Below, in pieces: positions 63,753-64,000 of a stretch of DNA of 64,000 nt. Source of the DNA: an uncultured Actinomycetes bacterium (lineage in GTDB: Bacteria > Actinomycetota > UBA4738 > HRBIN12); assembly GCA_963823255.1 (NCBI GenBank), contig CAWGKU010000002.1, forward strand, positions 52,907 through 116,906, written 5' to 3'. Made by a program: the position numbers and the translations under genes. A model generated the notes under the pieces. That model saw only the letters and a program-made list of their open reading frames with translations. It was not told the DNA's origin and made no database searches. Numbering within the stretch: position 1 is the first letter of the stretch; every line of letters begins with the position of its first letter.

Positions 63753-64000
63753 TCAGCCGGCCGAGAGGATCCCTCCACCCTTCATCACGACGTCGACGTC
63801 GGTCAGCAGCCCGACGTCGCTCAGCACGTCGCCGCGAACGGCGACGAGGTCCGCGAACAGCCCGGGCTCGATCGCACCCACCCGGTCTCGCCACCCGAGG
63901 AGCTCGGCGGCCACTACGGTGGCCGAGCGGATCGCCTCGATCGGCGTCATCCCGAGCTTGACCATCGTCGCGAACTGGTGCGCGTTCATCCCGTGCGGGT
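63753..64000 (-). CDS. Amidohydrolase family protein, C-terminal part (gene continues beyond window end)
   Basis: C-terminal amidohydrolase motif GAIEPGLFADLVAVRGD. Confidence 0.55.
   Translation of the reverse strand, partial: PHGMNAHQFATMVKLGMTPIEAIRSATVVAAELLGWRDRVGAIEPGLFADLVAVRGDVLSDVGLLTDVDVVMKGGGILSAG

Overview
This is a high-GC (about 70%) window whose gene organisation looks like an actinobacterial chromosome. Evidence for that is the nadD/LytR_C/rsfS, obg/rpmA/rplU/rne, ndk/folC/valS and tig/clpP/clpX neighbourhoods, the many GTGA/ATGA start-stop overlaps, and the ECF sigma factors.

The core gene content is:
- leuS
- an ArsR/SRPBCC/GNAT triad
- nadD, a LytR_C gene and rsfS
- obg, rpmA, rplU and RNase E
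- a soluble REC-HisKA-HATPase hybrid kinase
- a complete rod-shape elongasome (mreBCD, PBP2, rodA)
- fabD, fabH, fabG, acpP and fabF
- ndk, folC and valS
- clpX, clpP and tig
- an ECF sigma factor with a TolB-like partner and a hydrolase-cyclase fusion
- a complete System I cytochrome c maturation set, split into divergent ccmABCD and ccmEFGHI units
- a PhzF-family gene, azlCD
- three complete tRNAs (Ala-GGC, Pro-TGG, Gly-TCC)

The most striking region is a low-GC (about 60%) accessory block at roughly 7.2-16.2 kb. Its right-hand 7 kb is bounded by a perfect 49-bp direct repeat of the tRNA-Ala 3' half (9128..9176 and 16209..16257). That is the signature of a tRNA-integrated element that has since decayed: it has no integrase and carries gene remnants and internal repeats. 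Its cargo is an NTF2-fused class III cyclase, a secreted trypsin-like protease, an IPT/TIG surface protein and SulP. The left-hand part (7.2-9.1 kb) carries compact orphan genes, including a translationally coupled pair of small paralogues.

A second locus of interest lies at 59.1-62.6 kb. It encodes ApbE, a ferric-reductase-like membrane protein, a NuoF-like NADH/FMN/Fe-S protein and a ferredoxin, which together look like a transmembrane electron-transfer module.

Many conserved genes are broken by single-base frameshifts, including clpP, tig, ccmF, the NuoF-like gene, two cyclases and a histidine kinase. This is more likely assembly indel error than true pseudogenisation.
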